A stretch of DNA of 64,000 nucleotides, taken from NCBI GenBank assembly GCA_019058445.1, contig JAHPZA010000003.1:128001-192000 (forward strand), written 5' to 3'. Under the pieces are notes generated by a model. That model did no database searches. It saw only the letters and a program-made list of their open reading frames with translations, and was not told the DNA's origin. This DNA comes from Promethearchaeota archaeon (GTDB lineage: Archaea > Asgardarchaeota > Lokiarchaeia > Sigyniarchaeales > SOKP01). Positions 10,001 to 19,115 of the stretch are shown here, one piece after another (position 1 is the stretch's first letter; each line of letters begins with the position of its first letter). The position numbers and the translations under genes were made by a program.

Positions 10001-11909
10001 AGTTTTTCTGATTTAATTCTCGATAAATATTAACTGATAACTGGAATAATTGTTTTGCTTCTTTCATCACGCCCATAGATTTCTTCGCAAGCCCCATATT
10101 ATTGTAAATATTTGCTTTAGAAAGTGGATCGTCTAGCATCTCAGCTATCGTTATAGCCTCTTTATATTTTTCAAGAGCTTTTTCAAAATCACCAGAATGC
10201 CTAAATACCTCCCCAATCGCTGATATTCTTAGTGCTTTCCATTCCATTTTGCCAAGAAGATCATCTATTTTAATGGCTTCTAAATAATACTCCCGTGCTT
10301 TTGAGAATTCCCCTTTATCAATATATACACTCGCAATGTTATTTAAAATACTGGCTTTCATAGGAAGATTACCAACATCTTCGTTCAATTCTAATGCCTC
10401 ATTATACAAGGCGAGCGCACCATCAAAATCACCTTGCAAATCATTAATCAATGCCTTATCTGTAAGCACATTTGCCATAACTGATCCCAATCCTTCTTTT
10501 TCGGCTAAGGTCCAAGCCCTTTCATAAAGTTGTTTAGCTTTTTCTAGTCTCCCAGACATCCTATGCAATCTTGCTGCGTTGAACAGAAAAGCAGGTAATC
10601 CAATAACATCGTTTATTTTTTCTGCAATTTCTGCTGCTTCTTCAAATAAATTAAGTGCTTCTTCTATTCTTCCATGTGAATCATATACTAGAGCCGTTGA
10701 ATTCATGAAATTGGCTAACGACTCTTCATTATTATATTTTTTTGCAAGAGTTATCCCAATCTCACTACACCGAAGAGCATCATCGATTGACGTGAGCGAC
10801 CAATAAATGAACCACGCAAGATGGTATTCTTTGAGATCTGTAACTGTATCAAGGATGGGTTTCATGAACTTATGCAAGTCTACATCGCACTTTTCCTCCT
10901 TTTTGATGGAAGGAGGCTCTGACTTCTTGAACATGATGGGCCACAATACATTTTCCAATAAATATGATGTATGGGTAACAACTTTGTAAAGTTTTGTTTT
11001 AATCTTCATTTTTTTGTACTCATTTGCCAGATCGACCAATATTTTATCCACTTGGGATTCTCCAGAACTGAAATCTCTGTCATCAACAGTATTATCCTCC
11101 ATTGTTAAAACTTCATAGGCATCAGTAATCGCGGGATCACGATCGAAAGCATGGTCAATCCATATGATCTCATCTAGCTCCTGCATTTCTCTTAACGTTG
11201 GACCAATATCGAAATCATCGCTTCCGGAATAACCAATAACCACGAGAGATCGTCTTGAGGTAAGTGCATTCACTACGGGAATTTTGTATGATTCTATCGC
11301 AAAAGTTTCCTCCGCAGCACGATCCTTTCCAAGCGCTGAGATAGTAGTCACCAATGAATCTGTGGTATCTTCATCTGTGACAAAGTTTTTCTTGGAACCG
11401 TGGATCTTACACAGCGGAAACTTTTTCTTTTTTCTTAAGGCTTCTATCGCCTCAAAGTTCTCATAGTCCTTTTTATTTATGATGAGCTTAATGTCATCCT
11501 TAGAATGGAGTTGTTCAGCTAATGCCATTTCAATTAAATAATCAAAATTAGTTGTGATGACATCTTCCCCAATTTGAATAGCCTTTGCTAAGAAATGGTG
11601 AATAATATTTGGCTTATCAAATAAGTCGAAAAAATTCATGAATTGTAGGGAGGGATCAATTATCCGCTGGATGCCTTCGATAATCAGTTCATATCGAAGG
11701 TTATCAAGTTGAAGGATGCGTTCCACTTCATCCTTGGGACAGCTTGATTCCACGATAACGTTTACAATGTGCTTGGCAGAAAGTAGACATGAAGGAGCGT
11801 CTATGGAAATCCCTGCGCCCACTAAAAACGTGAATTCCTTATCTGGGTTGAAGATCTCCTCCATATTTAAGTCTAATTTATTAAAATTTGCATTACTCAT
11901 TATTGACAA
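7092..11909 (-). CDS. SIR2-like domain protein with about 30 TPR repeats
   Basis: N-terminal FLVGAGIS, ITTNFD, KIHGS, VIGYSGSDDFDI (SIR2_2-like). From ~aa 355 onward, continuous ~40-aa repeats of the type A..LNNIG.VY...G.Y..AL.YY..AL. Confidence 0.9.
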   Translation of the reverse strand: MSIMSNANFNKLDLNMEEIFNPDKEFTFLVGAGISIDAPSCLLSAKHIVNVIVESSCPKDEVERILQLDNLRYELIIEGIQRIIDPSLQFMNFFDLFDKPNIIHHFLAKAIQIGEDVITTNFDYLIEMALAEQLHSKDDIKLIINKKDYENFEAIEALRKKKKFPLCKIHGSKKNFVTDEDTTDSLVTTISALGKDRAAEETFAIESYKIPVVNALTSRRSLVVIGYSGSDDFDIGPTLREMQELDEIIWIDHAFDRDPAITDAYEVLTMEDNTVDDRDFSSGESQVDKILVDLANEYKKMKIKTKLYKVVTHTSYLLENVLWPIMFKKSEPPSIKKEEKCDVDLHKFMKPILDTVTDLKEYHLAWFIYWSLTSIDDALRCSEIGITLAKKYNNEESLANFMNSTALVYDSHGRIEEALNLFEEAAEIAEKINDVIGLPAFLFNAARLHRMSGRLEKAKQLYERAWTLAEKEGLGSVMANVLTDKALINDLQGDFDGALALYNEALELNEDVGNLPMKASILNNIASVYIDKGEFSKAREYYLEAIKIDDLLGKMEWKALRISAIGEVFRHSGDFEKALEKYKEAITIAEMLDDPLSKANIYNNMGLAKKSMGVMKEAKQLFQLSVNIYRELNQKNSLGISLHNLGILFFNFGEIDLAMNYFKEALEISEELKDLSGKAGRLMSIGDVYESRGEYTKAREYFSEALNIAIKIDEKIRIPMYLHSLGGNDVVLGKFNDAMEKYEKALTLSREMNNKGSIVISLSRVASVYRNTNKNEEALQYYNEALDLAREINLVKEIGTLINNIGQVYTNMKDYKTALRYYQDSLKMNEEIGDIEGIATAKNNVGLALQNLGILEEAEKLYMEALAIDEKLGKKGAMAVTHTNIGSLYMDLDKNEKAIEEFKLALVLYEETGRIVGKSGLYANMGIAYTDLKQNDDAIEAYEKALTLSKEIEDLESVSRQYRNIGISYHHKKEYEKAIDFYKKALEVAENVDIKEYFADLYNDIGNSYYLKKDYEDSLPFFEKAVEMGKNNSNNLSLGIYHKCYAQALNGAEKNDDAIYHFETAFELFEKVKSFENMARVRKSCGMIYKTAGNTDKAIEEFEIALNFANKTGLLTLISDIQSEIGYIYYNTNDLQKADEFISLALKSGRDEQNLPSIVHYLNDLTVVHMDLGNLEKAQQYNQEAIKVGEKEEIFEKTALAWLNRGKLYTKSRNLNDAVESYKKAIKFAEKTEDIKMQVNRAYDIAQLYYNAKEFQAAIPWYERVIELDSILNDMPSIRNQQWNIALCYNALGENKKAINFLEKTFELDKELGNSTNQISVARALGKFYSDQGNLKMAVTRFSEAISICDQVGDIEMKDKVVYDLAGLYQQNGMHKEAIKWYLEDFAICEQLGNKADMDLLYRKIAEVYESMEQYQEARNYLEKSMGISREMGNMKQVAITMNNIASIFYELQEFKEAIDYYKAAMDINREIDEVGGLASNYQNAGTAYRQMGNHSEAKIMFEKSMEINESRGAMSDVAWTLGSLARSQEMQEMFEMAIDTRIRAAQIYADEGNHDSQVNQLSSAGELHEKLGNRTAAKGCYKKIVEVYESINNIEKAKEWRKKL

Positions 11910-12077
11910 ATCCTTTTTTTCCCTTAAGAAAGCTTAAAAAATTAGAAAATTAGAAGATTAATAAAATAGAAGACTAATAAAATTTTGCTTTAAAGCTTAA
12001 GTATTTGATCCCATCAATTATTTACTTATCCATAAAAAGAATTTCAGTTTTAAACCTTCATTCATTACTTAGTAAAA

Positions 12078-12704
12078 ATGAAAGAACTAATAGAAACCCT
12101 TGAAAATCTTAAAAATAGCGAAATAAAGAATGTAATTGATACTCGAATTAAAGAATTTGAGGAAATTAAAGGGCAGGCTATTGAAGAAATTTTCAAAGAA
12201 CTATGTTTTTGTATCATGACTGCCAATTGTGGGGCTGAGAAATGTATTGAAATTCATGAGAGCATACATGATGGATTCCTTAATCTTTCAAAAGTAAAAC
12301 TAACTGAAAAATTCAAAGAATTAGGATACAGATTCCCTAATATTCGTTCAGAATATATCATCGAAGCTAGAAAATATAAAAATGATCTAGAAAATGAAAT
12401 TAAATCTAAGGAGGAAGCAAATTCTTTGAGGGATTGGATCGTAAAAACCATAAAAGGTATTGGGTATAAGGAAGCAAGTCATTTTCTCAGAAATATTGGA
12501 TTTAAAAATTATGCAATTATAGATTTTCATATTGTAGATATTCTGGTAAAAAATAAAATAATTGAAAAACCAAAAACCATGACAAAAAAGAAATATTTAG
12601 AAATCGAAGAGATATTAAAAAATGTTGGAGCTAGACTAAACCTCAATATGGCAGAATTAGATTTGTATTTATGGTACTTGGAAACAGGAAAGATCCTAAA
12701 ATAA
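12078..12704 (+). CDS. ogg: 8-oxoguanine DNA glycosylase/AP lyase (archaeal Ogg2 type)
   Basis: ELCFCIMTAN, GYRFPN, HhH IKGIGYKEASHFLRNIG, AIIDFHI, ELDLYLWY..TGKILK C-terminus. Confidence 0.92.
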   Translation: MKELIETLENLKNSEIKNVIDTRIKEFEEIKGQAIEEIFKELCFCIMTANCGAEKCIEIHESIHDGFLNLSKVKLTEKFKELGYRFPNIRSEYIIEARKYKNDLENEIKSKEEANSLRDWIVKTIKGIGYKEASHFLRNIGFKNYAIIDFHIVDILVKNKIIEKPKTMTKKKYLEIEEILKNVGARLNLNMAELDLYLWYLETGKILK

Positions 12705-12785
12705 TTTAAAATAAGTATATTATAAGATAATCTTGAAAAATAAGAAAATCATAATAAAGATGTATTTTTTAGAAATTCTCTCTCG

Positions 12786-13082
12786 TTAAAAGTCTAACTT
12801 TTTAGTTCCGTTAATCGTGAGATTTCCCATAGGTATATCTGCTTCTAATTCACAGTTTCTGAGTTTTTTCTTAATTTGTTTTGCTCCATATTCATTTAAC
12901 ATCAAATCTAAGAAATTATGATATAGTCCAATAAGATTATCTGAAGCTAACTTAAAATAGATATCATTTTGGGATATATTTATGCTTATAATTTCATAAA
13001 GTCCTTTTAAGGATTCTTTGATATTCTTAAAGTTTTTTATTGCTTGATCCGTTGAGTACATTGTTGTGTTCGGTTTAATCAT
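12786..13082 (-). CDS. Small hypothetical protein, tandem paralog copy 1
   Basis: 98 aa; 91/98 identical to 13285-13581. Confidence 0.85.
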   Translation of the reverse strand: MIKPNTTMYSTDQAIKNFKNIKESLKGLYEIISINISQNDIYFKLASDNLIGLYHNFLDLMLNEYGAKQIKKKLRNCELEADIPMGNLTINGTKKLDF

Positions 13083-13284
13083 ATACCTTTGACCTCTTTT
13101 TTTTTATTCAACCAATTAAAGACTTTCATTCATGAATAAAAAACGGATGAGATTAAATAAATTATTTTTGGAGACCAATATTTGCAGAAAAAATCCTTAA
13201 ATAATCTCAAACAAATAAAAAATTGAAAATCTTAGAGAATAAGTAATCCTCAAAAAAGATGCTTTTTTTCAGAAATCTCTTTCA

Positions 13285-13581
13285 TTAAAAGTTTAACTTT
13301 TTTGTTCCATTGATCGTGAGATTTCCCATAGGTATATCTGCCTCTAGTTCACAATTTCTGAGTTTTTTCTTAATTTGTTTTGCTCCATTTTCATTAAGCA
13401 TCAAATCTAAGAAATTATGATAAAGTCCAATCAAGTTATCTGAAGCTAACTTAAAATAAATATCATTCTGAGAGATATTTATGCTCATAATTTCATACAA
13501 TCCCTTTAGGGATTCTTTGATATTCTCAAAGTTTTTAACTGCTTGTTCCGTTGAGTCCATAGTTGTATTCGGTTTGATCAT
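13285..13581 (-). CDS. Small hypothetical protein, tandem paralog copy 2
   Basis: 98 aa; near-identical to the neighbour, with many synonymous differences. Confidence 0.85.
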   Translation of the reverse strand: MIKPNTTMDSTEQAVKNFENIKESLKGLYEIMSINISQNDIYFKLASDNLIGLYHNFLDLMLNENGAKQIKKKLRNCELEADIPMGNLTINGTKKLNF

Positions 13582-13839
13582 ATACCTTTAACCACCTTTT
13601 AATATTCAATTAATGAAAAAAAGTAAAACTTTATAAATTTGGAATAAATTTTGCTATTTTGTGTGGATATAACGTCCAAATTTTTGCGAATAAAAATTTT
13701 TAAATTTAAAAAATTAAACAATTAAACAATAATCAGAAATCCTATTTTAAGTCAACAAGAAATCCTATTAAAATGATATACAATATTAGTATAAGTTTAT
13801 TGACCTAATTCTCTTTAAAATATAAAATAAGTTGTAAAG

Positions 13840-14118
13840 TTAAAACATTACTTTAAATGGAAAGTCTTTTTCGGCTTCTCGCTCATCAAATTCGATTTCC
13901 CTGAGTTTTATCCTTACTTCGCGAGGAGCATTCGTCTGCTTTAAAATATTAACTATATTATTATGCATGGCTTTTAAATTATCCATGCCAATTTGACGAT
14001 AAATATCATTTTCCTGGAAATTTATATTTAAAATTTCACTTAATCCAGAAATACACTCTCTAATATTATTATAACAGCTAAACACATCATCAATATTTTT
14101 TTGTTCTTTTTTCATCAT
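13840..14118 (-). CDS. Small hypothetical protein, diverged third member of the same family
   Basis: Shares NI.E...GL.EI..IN...NDIY.....DNL and KLR..E with the two 98-aa proteins. Confidence 0.85.
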   Translation of the reverse strand: MMKKEQKNIDDVFSCYNNIRECISGLSEILNINFQENDIYRQIGMDNLKAMHNNIVNILKQTNAPREVRIKLREIEFDEREAEKDFPFKVMF

Positions 14119-14713
14119 TTTTACGAAATCCTCAAAAAAATTTCTTTTCTATGACTAAAAAAGTAATCAACATTTATAAATCTGCACTTTTTAAGTTATA
14201 ATTCCGCAATAACACGAACTTTTCATTACTATCAAGTGACAAATTATGATTAAAATTTTGCAAAAAGGAGAAATTTTATCAAATTCAAATGATAGTATGA
14301 TCCTAAATCATTCCCAAATTATGATCAAAAAGCATAATTTATTTCTGTTTTCGTTACTTTACATTAGGATTTAGCTGAAAAACGTAAATTGCTCGTGTTG
14401 AAATAAACATTTTCGATAATTTTTATTAGATTGCTATTTATTGAGGATAGAGGGATTTTTATAGATAGGAAGTATAAATATTCTGGTAATATGAATATTC
14501 TAATTCATATTTTTCAATCCCTTATAATGATTTAAAGCATTTAGCAAAGCGCTTTTTAAACTTTCACTTATCTCTTTTCGAATTGATTCTTCTTTTAAAC
14601 CATTGTAATAATCTTCTTCTAACTATCTATAAAAATAAATTTTTAAATATAGAATAGATATTTAAAGTAGATTTTTGAAAATAATATATTCTATCAAAAA
14701 TGGTTGAATTACA

Positions 14714-15460
14714 ATGAAATACGCATTAATGTTTAATGTGTTAAAAGATGGGGAAATAGAGCCAATTAAATGGAACAAAGATGTTTTTATTCCCGATCGA
14801 TCGATAATTATGTTAGAAGAATTAACACCTGCTGTATGGTTATGGCATGGTGTGAAACGTAGTTTGGTGGATCGAAGAATTGCAAGCAGGCAAGCGGAAA
14901 GTCTTAAAGGATATGGTTATAAAGCAAGAGATACCATTATAGGAAGTAGGACAAGAATTATAAAAGAAATAGACCAGAGAAAAGTTGGAAAAGACACTGA
15001 AACAGATCAATTTAATCAAGAATTTCAGGAAATTCTAAACAATGAGTTCACTCCTATTGATGAGATTATCGTTGATCTTCAAATGGATGATAATGAAGTT
15101 GCTAAATTGAAATTAACGCCCACAGCTGTTCCTGAGACCATAGCAGAGCAAGCATCTAAACTTATTACAGATCCTAAAACCGAAATAAAACCAAAAAAAT
15201 CACAGGAACATATAGTTGAAGCTACTACTCCCGAAACAAAGCCAAAACCAGAAATCAAACCTTCCAAAACAACGCGAATTTCAATGCCCACTAAACCGAT
15301 CAAAAAACCAGAATTCAGATTTGAAGAACAAGTGAAAGAAATTGGATCAAATACCAATGAAATAATTAAAAATGTTTTGGAACGAATTGAAATAATGGAA
15401 GCTAAATTAGATACACTTTTACAAGAATTTAAAGAATTCAAAGCGTCATTACAAAAATAA
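14714..15460 (+). CDS. Single gelsolin-like domain + Pro/Lys/Thr-rich linker + C-terminal coiled coil
   Basis: MFNVLKDGEI...SIIMLEE..PAVWLWHG.KRSLVDRRIASRQAESL...IKEIDQ...EFQEIL fits the gelsolin-repeat pattern (..WxG....l..r..A...A); heptad-rich C-terminus. Confidence 0.65.
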   Translation: MKYALMFNVLKDGEIEPIKWNKDVFIPDRSIIMLEELTPAVWLWHGVKRSLVDRRIASRQAESLKGYGYKARDTIIGSRTRIIKEIDQRKVGKDTETDQFNQEFQEILNNEFTPIDEIIVDLQMDDNEVAKLKLTPTAVPETIAEQASKLITDPKTEIKPKKSQEHIVEATTPETKPKPEIKPSKTTRISMPTKPIKKPEFRFEEQVKEIGSNTNEIIKNVLERIEIMEAKLDTLLQEFKEFKASLQK

Positions 15461-15567
15461 TAAAATCGATTTTCTCCTTTCTATTATTCTAGCAAATATC
15501 TATTTTTATTTTAATTAAAATTATTAAACCTTTTTAGTTGTTAAAATTAGAAATTAGAAAAACCTAT

Positions 15568-16632
15568 TTATTTTAAGAGAATTTCCCAATTAATTCCATC
15601 TTCTACTAACTGTTGAACTAATGCTATCTCATCTTCTTGTATTCCAGGCTTCAACCTCATCATATTTCTTATAGTCGTATAAGTATCAGAAGGGCTTAAG
15701 ATTAACGGGATGTTTCTTTCATTAGCCGCTGCTATAAGTTTAATATCCGGCTGAATAAATCCTGTTAGGATTAAGCATGACACATCCTCATTCAATGCCG
15801 CTAATGCTAAGTCAGTTCGATCCCCACCAGTTATCACCGCTCCTCGTCTAATCTGCCGTAAATATTTCAACGCAGCTTGAGCGCTCATAGCTCCAATAAT
15901 ATATGTTTCTACTCTATTGTTTAGACCCGATGATGATGCTTCATTAATTAACTCACCACCAATTGCTTCCAATACTTCAGAAACTCTAGGTGAAAATAAT
16001 TCTATGCTTTTTTCAATAATACCCACAACAGGGATGTTAAACCTTTTAATGTGATTTGCTTCCAGTTCTTTTATTCTCGCGACATAATCATAATCTATAC
16101 TATTGAATATAACTCCTTTAAAATCGACTTTTCTGAAATCAAAATATTTCTTAGTAAAAAATAGATTATCTATGCATTTATCAGACGATTCTTTCTCTAT
16201 ATATATTAGATCTCTAATTCCAAGAGCTTGGGCAATACTAATATCATCCAATCCGACTCTAATAAATTTTCTTATACTTGGAGAGCCCTCTATTATTATA
16301 TAATCCATCTCTTTCGAAATATCTTCATAGCCTGATTTTATTTTAGCTAAATATTCATCTTTTTTAATCGCATCAATTAAATCAACATAATAACAGTCTG
16401 GTATTGATACTGGTGACACAATATCGTATGGTTTGGAAGTTGTAAAAATTGTACTTAAGATAAAGCCTACATCCGGGTCGGCTTTTTGTGTAAACGCAGA
16501 TTTCGAGATGCCAACTGGTTTAAAATAAGCGACACTTTTACCGTCATTTTGTAATTTTTGCATAATTCCTAAGCTGATGAGGCTTTTTCCAACTCGTTCT
16601 CGTAAAGAACATAAATATAATGGTTTAACCAT
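15568..16632 (-). CDS. Phosphotransacetylase N-terminal-like protein (BioD-like P-loop + DRTGG domain)
   Basis: RVGKS, AYFKPVG, IIIEG, VITGGDRTD, LILTG. Confidence 0.88.
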   Translation of the reverse strand: MVKPLYLCSLRERVGKSLISLGIMQKLQNDGKSVAYFKPVGISKSAFTQKADPDVGFILSTIFTTSKPYDIVSPVSIPDCYYVDLIDAIKKDEYLAKIKSGYEDISKEMDYIIIEGSPSIRKFIRVGLDDISIAQALGIRDLIYIEKESSDKCIDNLFFTKKYFDFRKVDFKGVIFNSIDYDYVARIKELEANHIKRFNIPVVGIIEKSIELFSPRVSEVLEAIGGELINEASSSGLNNRVETYIIGAMSAQAALKYLRQIRRGAVITGGDRTDLALAALNEDVSCLILTGFIQPDIKLIAAANERNIPLILSPSDTYTTIRNMMRLKPGIQEDEIALVQQLVEDGINWEILLK

Positions 16633-16713
16633 ATTTACATCATTTATTTATTTATATTTTTCAAATTTAATTTTATTTGTTTATTTTTTAAATTATATTT
16701 TTTTTTGCGTTTT

Positions 16714-18894
16714 TCAACGCGCAATTGTTATTTTTATATCCACTGCACTATAACCTTTGATAAATGATAAGAGCGGATTAATATCAAGCTCAACTATCTC
16801 AGGAAAATCGTTAACCAACTGAGAAAGCCTTAATAATACATCGATAATCGCATCTATATCGGATCTGCTTTCTCCTCTAACTCCCTCGAGAAGACTGTAA
16901 ATTTTAGTGTTCTGGAGCATTTTCTTTGCATCTTCCTCTGTAAATTTATATGCTAATGCAAAAGATACATCTTTCAAAAAATTGGCATAAATTCCTCCGC
17001 TCCCGATCATTAACATGGGACCAAACTGAGGATCTCTTGACATTCCTATAATTAACTCGTTCACTTTCTCTTCTGCTTTAAAATCAATCATTTCTTGAAT
17101 CTCTACTCCATAGATTTTCGCAAGTCCACTACCATATTTCTTCACACTATCTATGATCTGGATATACGCCTCAAAGGCGTCTTGAGGTGTAATAACATTT
17201 AAAATAATCCCTCCGACATCTGTTTTATGAATGATTTGAGGGCTAACAATTTTCATTACCGTTTTTCCTGTCTTTTTTGCAACTTCTTCTTGTAATAGCA
17301 TTGCTTCTCTCGGAGTTCGGGCCAATTTTGATTTTGGAGATTTTATACCGTAATAATCAAAAATCTCACTTGTTTCATGACTCAGAAGGACAGTTCTCCC
17401 ATCCTCTCTTACACTTTGAAATAACTCTCTTACTTTCCCTTTATCTACATTAAACACAGGAATTTTTAAATCTTCTAATGGTTCTCTCTGTAAAAACTCA
17501 TGATGACTAATGAGAGTTTTAAGACAGTGAGCCGCCCTATCTGGAAAATGATAGCATGGAATATGATTGTCTTTTAAGAATTTACTTCCCTCTGCGATTG
17601 ATTTTCCTCCAATAAATGAACATACAACTGGTTTATCAGTCAAATATTCAGAAGAAATCTTATATATTAACTTAGCAACTTCGGTTGGTTTAGTTTGAGC
17701 TTGAGGAGTAACTATAATTAACGCTCCTTGGCTATTGATTTGATCTTCTTCTGTAGTTGTATCTGTTTTAGAGGAATTCAAGCCAAATATGGTTTTTATG
17801 GTAAATTCATATCGTGCTGGTGGTGCATCACCAACTATATCTACAGGATTAAAAATTGATGCTTCTAAAGGCAAATTATCTCTTAGTGCATGTAGCATTT
17901 TTTCATTAAATTGAGCAAATTTTAGATTTTCTCTTTCAAAGGCATCAGTAGCCACAATTCCTGGACCTCCTGCATTGGTAATTATAGCAAATGAATTTTC
18001 TTTGGGAATGGGTTGATAAAGAAATGTTTCACCAAAATCAAATAGATCTTCTATGGTTTTGGCTCTAATCACTCCACATTTTTCAAATGCTAAATCATAT
18101 GCAATATCTGAGCCTGCTAAAGCTCCAGTATGGCTTGAAGCTGCTCTTGCACCAGCTTCACTGACACCAGATTTAATAATTACCACAGGTTTCTTTCTAG
18201 TTGCTTTAGATGCAACTTCTAAAAATCTGTCTCCATCCTTTATGCTTTCTAAATAGCATAATATAACCTTAGTGTTGTCATCATTTGCAAGATATTCAAT
18301 AAAATCGGTTGCTCCAAGATCAGCCTTATTGCCTAAACTCACATTAACAGAAAAGCCAAATGCTTGATCCATAGAATAATCCATCATTCCAGTAAGCATT
18401 GCTCCTGATTGTGATATCATAGCTATATGCCCCTTCTTAGGGGTATCAACGGCAAAAGATCCATTGTAATTCAGACAAATAATCCCTAAACAATTCGGAC
18501 CAAGAATCCTCATACTATATTTCTGGCTAATTTTTATTAATTCTTCTTCTCTTTTGATTCCCTCTCCTCCAATCTCCTTGAAACCCGCTGAAATTACAAT
18601 TAAACCTCTCACTCCTTTTTTACCACATTCTTCTGCTATAGGTATTACAAATTTACTAGGAATAACAAAGATAGCAACATCAATCGGATCTGGTACACTT
18701 AATACAGATTCATATGCTGTTAAACCTAAGATAATTCCCCCCTTTGGATTGATTGGATAGATCTCTCCATTATAACCGGATGCTATGATATTATTTAAAA
18801 CAGTATTACCAACCTTTCCAACTGTGGAACTTGCGCCTATGATTGCTATACTTTTAGGATTAAAATAAAAGGAGATACCTTGTTTATCTTGCAT
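16714..18894 (-). CDS. acd: Acetate/acyl-CoA ligase (ADP-forming), fused alpha-beta subunits
   Basis: PKSIAIIGAS, GPNCLG, SQSGA, phospho-His SHTGALAG, TNAGGPG, NPVD, HKTDVGG, DPQFGP, ELDINPL. Confidence 0.93.
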   Translation of the reverse strand: MQDKQGISFYFNPKSIAIIGASSTVGKVGNTVLNNIIASGYNGEIYPINPKGGIILGLTAYESVLSVPDPIDVAIFVIPSKFVIPIAEECGKKGVRGLIVISAGFKEIGGEGIKREEELIKISQKYSMRILGPNCLGIICLNYNGSFAVDTPKKGHIAMISQSGAMLTGMMDYSMDQAFGFSVNVSLGNKADLGATDFIEYLANDDNTKVILCYLESIKDGDRFLEVASKATRKKPVVIIKSGVSEAGARAASSHTGALAGSDIAYDLAFEKCGVIRAKTIEDLFDFGETFLYQPIPKENSFAIITNAGGPGIVATDAFERENLKFAQFNEKMLHALRDNLPLEASIFNPVDIVGDAPPARYEFTIKTIFGLNSSKTDTTTEEDQINSQGALIIVTPQAQTKPTEVAKLIYKISSEYLTDKPVVCSFIGGKSIAEGSKFLKDNHIPCYHFPDRAAHCLKTLISHHEFLQREPLEDLKIPVFNVDKGKVRELFQSVREDGRTVLLSHETSEIFDYYGIKSPKSKLARTPREAMLLQEEVAKKTGKTVMKIVSPQIIHKTDVGGIILNVITPQDAFEAYIQIIDSVKKYGSGLAKIYGVEIQEMIDFKAEEKVNELIIGMSRDPQFGPMLMIGSGGIYANFLKDVSFALAYKFTEEDAKKMLQNTKIYSLLEGVRGESRSDIDAIIDVLLRLSQLVNDFPEIVELDINPLLSFIKGYSAVDIKITIAR

Positions 18895-19115
18895 AGTGGA
18901 ATTATGATATTTTTGAAATCAATATTAATATTTATTATTTAATAATTTTAAACTTTCATTCAATATTTAATTAGTTTCTTAGAGAATATTGATACTAAAT
19001 TGTTTGTTTTTAAATGTATAGGAAAAGTATTATAAATTTTGTTGATTTTCCTTTATTCATTGGAAATTTATGAAGTTCTAAAACTTTATAAGTATAATCT
19101 TTTTTTTTAATAAAA

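Larger units (their letters stand above)
12755..13610. repeat. Tandem gene duplication, ~350-nt homologous units at 499-nt spacing
   Basis: Both CDS and short flanks match (aaagatg.ttttt..agaaat.tc on one side, catatacctt on the other); boundaries approximate. Confidence 0.85.

Noticed and set aside
14500-14622. 40-codon minus-strand frame LEEDYYNGLKEESIRKEISESLKSALLNALNHYKGLKNMN
   Set aside because: Protein-like but has no start codon and cannot be assigned
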